Below are positions 58,301 through 64,000 of a stretch of 64,000 bases of DNA, piece by piece. Position 1 is the stretch's first letter. The number at the start of each line of letters is the position of its first letter. Below the pieces are notes generated by a model. The model was given only the letters and a program-made list of their open reading frames with translations, searched no databases and had not been told where the DNA came from. Source of the DNA: the human T2T-CHM13v2.0 reference genome, Homo sapiens; NCBI RefSeq assembly GCF_009914755.1, contig NC_060925.1, one strand, 5' to 3'. The position numbers were made by a program, and so were the translations under genes.

Positions 58301-59441
58301 GGAAATGAATGGAATCGTCATAGAATGGAATCGAATGGATTCATTGAATGGAATCAGATGGAATCATCGAATGGACTGGAATGGAATCATTGAATGGACT
58401 CGAAAGGGATCATTATTGAATGGAATTGAATGGAATCATCGAATGGTCTCGATTGGAATCATTATCAAATGGAATCGAATGGAATCACCGAATAGAATCG
58501 AATGGAACAATCATCGAATGGACTCAAATGGAATTATCCTCCAATGGAATCGAATGGAATTATCGAATGCAATCGAATGGAATTATCGAATGCAATCGAA
58601 TAGAATCATCGAATGGACTCGAATGGAATCATCGAATGGAATGGAATGGAACAGTCAATGAACTCGAATGGAATCATCATTGAATGGAATCGAATGGAAT
58701 CATCGAGTGGAATCGAATGGAATTATGATCAAATGGAATCGAATGTAATCATCATCAAATGGAATCAAAAATAACCATCATCAATTGGTATTGAATGGAA
58801 TTGTCATCAAATGGAATTCAAAGGAATCATCATCAAATGGAACCGAATGGAATCCTCATTGAATGGAAATGAAAGGGGTCATCATCTAATGGAATCGCAT
58901 GGAATCATCATCAAATGGAATCGAATGGAATCATCATCAAATGGAATCTAATGGAATCATTGAACAGAATTGAATGGAATCGTCATCGAATGAATTGAAT
59001 GCAATCATCGAATGGTCTCGAATGGAATCATCTTCTAATGGAAAGGAATGGAATCATCGCATAGAATCGAATGGAATTATCATCGAATGGAATCGAATGG
59101 TATCAACACCAAACGGAAAAAAACGGAATTATCGAATGGAATCGAAGAGAATCTTCGAACGGACCCGAATGGAATCATCTAATGGAATGGAATGGAATAA
59201 TCCATGGACTCGAATGCAATCATCATCGAATGGAATCGAATGGAGTCATCGAATGGACTCGAATGGAATAATCATTGAACGGAATCGAATGGAATCATCA
59301 TCGGATGGAAACGAATGGAATCATCATCGAATGGAAATGAAAGGAGTCATCATCTAATGGAATTGCATGGAATCATCATAAAATGGAATCGAATGGAATC
59401 AACATCAAATGGAATCAAATGGAATCATTGAACGGAATTGA
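52364..59441 (+). repeat. Local higher-order repeat, 2 x 3539 bp (1763+1776)
   Basis: Shared markers at offset 3539: GAAGGGAATG, GGAATCATGG, the 13-bp deletion with GGAATGCAATGG, GTGGAAACG and GGAGTCATC. Confidence 0.9.
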
Positions 59442-62400
59442 ATGGAATCGTCATCGAATGAATTGACTGCAATCATCGAATGGTCTCGAATGGAATCATC
59501 TTCAAATGGAATGGAATGGAATCATCGCATAGAATCGAATGGAATTATCATCGAATGGAATCGAATGGAATCAACATCAAACGGAAAAAAACAGAATTAT
59601 CGTATGGAATCGAAGAGAATCATCGAATGGACCCGAATGGAATCATCTAATGGAATGGAATGGAATAATCCATGGACTCGAATGCAATCATCATCGAATG
59701 GAATCGAATGGAATCATCGAATGGACTCGAATGGAATAATCATTGAACGGAATCGAATGGAATCATCATCGGATGGAAATGAATGGAATCATCATCGAAT
59801 GGAATCGAATAGAATTATGGAATGAAATCCAGTGTGATCATCATCGAATGGACCCGAATGGAATCATCATCCAACGGAAGCTAATGGAATCAACATCGAA
59901 TGAATCGAATGGAAACACCATCGAATTGAAACGAATGGAATTATCATGAAATTGAAATGGATGGACTCATCATCGAATGGATTCGAAAGGAATCATCGAA
60001 TAAAATTGATTGAAATCATCATCAAATGGAATCGAATGGTATCATTGAATGGAATCGAATGGAATCATCATCAGATGGAAATGAATGGAATCGTCATAGA
60101 ATGGAATCGAATGGATTCATTGAATGGAATCAGATGGAATCATCGAATGGACTGGAATGGAATCATTGAATGGACTCGAAAGGGATCATGATTGAATGGA
60201 ATTGAATGGAATCATCGAATGGTCTCGATTGGAATCATTATCAAATGGAATCGAATGGAATCACCGAATAGAATCGAATGGAACAATCATCGAATGGACT
60301 CTAATGGAATTATCCTCCAATGGAATCGAATGGAATTATCGAATGCAATCGAATGGAATTATCGAATGCAATCGAATAGAATCATCGAATGGACTCGAAT
60401 GGAATCATCGAATGGAATGGAATGGAACAGTCAATGAACTCGAATGGAATCATCATTGAAAGGAATCGAATGGAATCATCGAGTGGAATCGAATGGAATT
60501 ATGATCAAATGGAATCGAATGTAATCATCATCAAATGGAATCAAAAATAACCATCATCAATTGGTATTGAATGGAATTGTCATCAAATGGAATTCAAAGG
60601 AATCATCATCAAATGGAACCGAATGGAATCCTCATTGAATGGAAATGAAAGGGGTCATCATCTAATGGAATCGCATGGAATCATCATCAAATGGAATCGA
60701 ATGGAATCATCATCAAATGGAATCTAATGGAATCATTGAACAGAATTGAATGGAATCGTCATCGAATGAATTGAATGCAATCATCGAATGGTCTCGAATG
60801 GAATCATCTTCTAATGGAAAGGAATGGAATCATCGCATAGAATCGAATGGAATTATCATCGAATGGAATCGAATGGTATCAACACCAAACGGAAAAAAAC
60901 GGAATTATCGAATGGAATCGAAGAGAATCTTCGAACGGACCCGAATGGAATCATCTAATGGAATGGAATGGAATAATCCATGGACTCGAATGCAATCATC
61001 ATCGAATGGAATCGAATGGAATCATCGAATGGACTCGAATGGAATAATCATTGAACGGAATCGAATGGAATCATCATCGGATGGAAATGAATGGAATCAT
61101 CATCGAATGGAAATGAAAGGAGTCATCATCTAATGGAATTGCATGGAATCATCATAAAATGGAATCGAATGGAATCAACATCAAATGGAATCAAATGGAA
61201 TCATTGAACGGAATTGAATGGAATCGTCATCGAATGAATTGACTGCAATCATCGAATGGTCTCGAATGGAATCATCTTCAAATGGAAGGGAATGGAATCA
61301 TCGCATAGAATCGAATGGAATTATCATCGAATGGAATCGAATGGAATCAACATCAAACGGAAAAAAACAGAATTATCGTATGGAATCGAAGAGAATCATC
61401 GAATGGACCCGAATGGAATCATCTAATGGAATGGAATGGAATAATCCATGGACTCGAATGCAATCATCATCGAATGGAATCGAATGGAATCATCGAATGG
61501 ACTCGAATGGAATAATCATTGAACGGAATCGAATGGAATCATCATCGGATGGAAATGAATGGAATCATCATCGAATGGAATCGAATAGAATTATGGAATG
61601 AAATCCAGTGTGATCATCATCGAATGGACCCGAATGGAATCATCATCCAACGGAAGCTAATGGAATCAACATCGAATGAATCGAATGGAAACATCATCGA
61701 ATTGAAACGAATGGAATTATCATGAAATTGAAATGGATGGACTCATCATCGAATGGATTCGAATGGAATCATCGAATAAAATTGATTGAAATCATCATCC
61801 AATGGAATCGAATGGTATCATTGAATGGAATCGAATGGAATCATCATCAGATGGAAATGAATGGAATCGTCATAGAATGGAATCGAATGGATTCATTGAA
61901 TGGAATCAGATGGAATCATCGAATGGACTGGAATGGAATCATTGAATGGACTCGAAAGGGATCATGATTGAATGGAATTGAATGGAATCATCGAATGGTC
62001 TCGATTGGAATCATTATCAAATGGAATCGAATGGAATCACCGAATAGAATCGAATGGAACAATCATCGAATGGACTCAAATGGAATTATCCTCAAATGGA
62101 ATCGAATGGAATTATCGAATGCAATCGAATGGAATTATCGAATGCAATCGAATAGAATCATCGAAAGGACTCGAATGGAATCATCGAATGGAATGGAATG
62201 GAACAGTCAATGAACTCGAATGGAATCATCATTGAATGGAATCGAATGCAATCATCGAGTGGAATCGAATGGAATTATGATCAAATGGAATCGAATGTAA
62301 TCATCATCAAATGGAATCAAAAATAACCATCAACAATTGGTATTGAATGGAATTGTCATCAAATGGAATTCAAAGGAATCATCATCAAATGGAACCGAAT

Positions 62401-62525
62401 GGAATCCTCATTGAATGGAAATGAAAGGGGTCATCATCTAATGGAATCGCATGGAATCATCATCAAATGGAATCGAATGGAATCATCATCAAATGGAATC
62501 TAATGGAATCATTGAACAGAATTGA

Positions 62526-63833
62526 ATGGAATCGTCATCGAATGAATTGAATGCAATCATCGAATGGTCTCGAATGGAATCATCTTCTAATGGAAAGGAA
62601 TGGAATCATCGCATAGAATCGAACGGAATTATCATCGAATGGAATCGAATGGTATCAACACCAAACGGAAAAAAACGGAATTATCGAATGGAATCGAAGA
62701 GAATCTTCGAACGGACCCGAATGGAATCATCTAATGGAATGGAATGGAATAATCCATGGACTCGAATGCAATCATCATCGAATGGAATCGAATGGAATCA
62801 TCGAATGGACTCGAATGGAATAATCATTGAACGGAATCGAATGGAATCATCATCGGATGGAAATGAATGGAATCATCATCGAATGGAATCGAATAGAATT
62901 ATGGAATGAAATCCAGTGTGATCATCATCGAATGGACCCGAATGGAATCATCATCCAACGGAAGCTAATGGAATCAACATCGAATGAATCGAATGGAAAC
63001 ACCATGGAATTGAAACGAATGGAATTATCATGAAATTGAAATGGATGGACTCATCATCGAATGGATTCGAATGGAATCATCGAATAAAATTGATTGAAAT
63101 CATCATCCAATGGAATCGAATGGTATCATTGAATGGAATCGAATGGAATCATCATCAGATGGAAATGAATGGAATCGTCATAGAATGGAATCGAATGGAT
63201 TCATTGAATGGAATCAGATGGAATCATCGAATGGACTGGAATGGAAACATTGAATGGACTCGAAAGGGATCATTATTGAATGGAATTGAATGGAATCATC
63301 GAATGGTCTCGATTGGAATCATTACCAAATGGAATCGAATGGAATCACCGAATAGAATCGAATGGAACAATCATCGAATGGACTCAAATGGAATTATCCT
63401 CCAATGGAATCGAATGGAATTATCGAATGCAATCGAATGGAATTATCGAATGCAATCGAATAGAATCATCGAATGGACTCGAATGGAATCATCGAATGGA
63501 ATGGAATGGAACAGTCAATGAACTCGAATGGAATCATCATTGAATGGAATCGAATGGAATCATCGAGTGGAATCGAATGGAATTATGATCAAATGGAATT
63601 GAATGTAATCATCATCAAATGGAATCAAAAATAACCATCATCAATTGGTATTGAATGGAATTGTCATCAAATGGAATTCAAAGGAATCATCATCAAATGG
63701 AACCGAATGGAATCCTCATTGAATGGAAATGAAAGGGGTCATCATCTAATGGAATCGCATGGAATCATCATCAAATGGAATCGAATGGAATCATCATCAA
63801 ATGGAATCTAATGGAATCATTGAACAGAATTGA
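62526..63833 (+). repeat. Hybrid B/A 468-bp subrepeat producing a second 1308-bp period
   Basis: The pseudo-ORF at 62526 has the B-type start (ELNA...GKE...VSTP...RIFER) and the A-type end (...MESNRIME). EcoRI sites at 62366 and 63674 are 1308 bp apart. Confidence 0.93.
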
Positions 63834-64000
63834 ATGGAATCGTCATCGAATGAATTGAATGCAATCATCGAATGGTCTCGAATGGAATCATCTTCTAATG
63901 GAAAGGAATGGAATCATCGCATAGAATCGAATGGAATTATCATCGAATGGAATCGAATGGTATCAACACCAAACGGAAAAAAACGGAATTATCGAATGGA

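Larger units (their letters stand above)
1..64000 (+). repeat. Human satellite II (HSat2/HSATII) tandem array, GGAAT strand on +, running off both window ends
   Basis: The sequence consists throughout of diverged GGAAT/CGAAT pentamers with ATC inserts (GAATGGAATCATCATCGAATGGAATC; reverse complement CATTCGATTC...GATGAT). This is the CATTCGATTC signature of HSat2 rather than the purer (CATTC)n of HSat3. No non-satellite sequence was seen. Confidence 0.98.

Noticed and set aside
18-63543. About 250 short plus-strand ORFs (MESSSNE..., MKLKWMD..., MELNG...)
   Set aside because: They overlap in all three frames, are low-complexity translations of GGAAT-derived repeats, recur with the repeat period, and are freely broken by stops and 13/23/26-bp frameshifting deletions. 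There is no evidence of coding constraint.
1-64000. CRISPR-like repeat/spacer array (23-26-bp periodicity)
   Set aside because: There are no unique spacers, leader or cas genes. The intervening sequence is itself satellite and repeats every 1776 bp.
1-64000. HSat3 (e.g. DYZ1 or 9q12), alpha satellite or telomeric repeat
   Set aside because: GGAAT runs are at most 3-4 copies and ATCATCGAAT motifs dominate, as in HSat2. There is no 171-bp period or TTAGGG. The 3529/3539-bp periods are dimers of the 1.77-kb unit, not the ~3.6-kb DYZ1 unit.
1-64000. Transposon insertion (Alu/L1) or strand inversion within the array
   Set aside because: Every inter-unit distance is 1776 bp or less and is explained by module deletions. 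GGAAT polarity is constant throughout.

Overview
The whole 64-kb window is one uninterrupted tandem array of human satellite II (HSat2/HSATII), with the GGAAT strand on +. It holds about 36.5 copies of a ~1776-bp unit. A period near 1.77 kb with one EcoRI site per unit matches the classical chromosome 1q12 satellite (pUC1.77/D1Z1, HSat2A2-type); this locus call is an inference. I find no genes, RNA genes, transposon insertions, CRISPR arrays or inversions. All listed ORFs are translation artefacts of the repeat. I cannot support a new gene system here; the signal of interest is the array's layered architecture. (1) Modules of 10, 13 and 16 bp (GAATGGAATC[ATC]0-2) build 23- and 26-bp monomers. 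(2) Each unit is ~840 bp plus a tandem 2 x 468-bp duplication. (3) Two independent collapses of that duplication give 1308-bp units. (4) All length variants are quantised module deletions (13, 23, 23, 26, 468 bp). (5) Local higher-order repeats of 3529, 3539, 5213 and ~5328 bp are emerging. (6) Rare haplotypes are shared over 15.3 and 22.4 kb, and the two 468-bp paralogues appear to convert each other. Unit starts used below (ATG of the 'MESSSNELTA' pseudo-ORF): u1 18, u2 1794, u3 3570, u4 5346, u5 7122, u6 8898, u7 10674, u8 12450, u9 14226, u10 16002, u11 17755, u12 19508, u13 21238, u14 23014, u15 24767, u16 26543, u17 28296, u18 30023, u19 31773, u20 33549, u21 35302, u22 36610, u23 38363, u24 40093, u25 41823, u26 43576, u27 45306, u28 47036, u29 48812, u30 50588, u31 52364, u32 54127, u33 55903, u34 57666, u35 59442, u36 61218, u37 (hybrid) 62526. 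Variant calls were read by eye and need confirmation by alignment.
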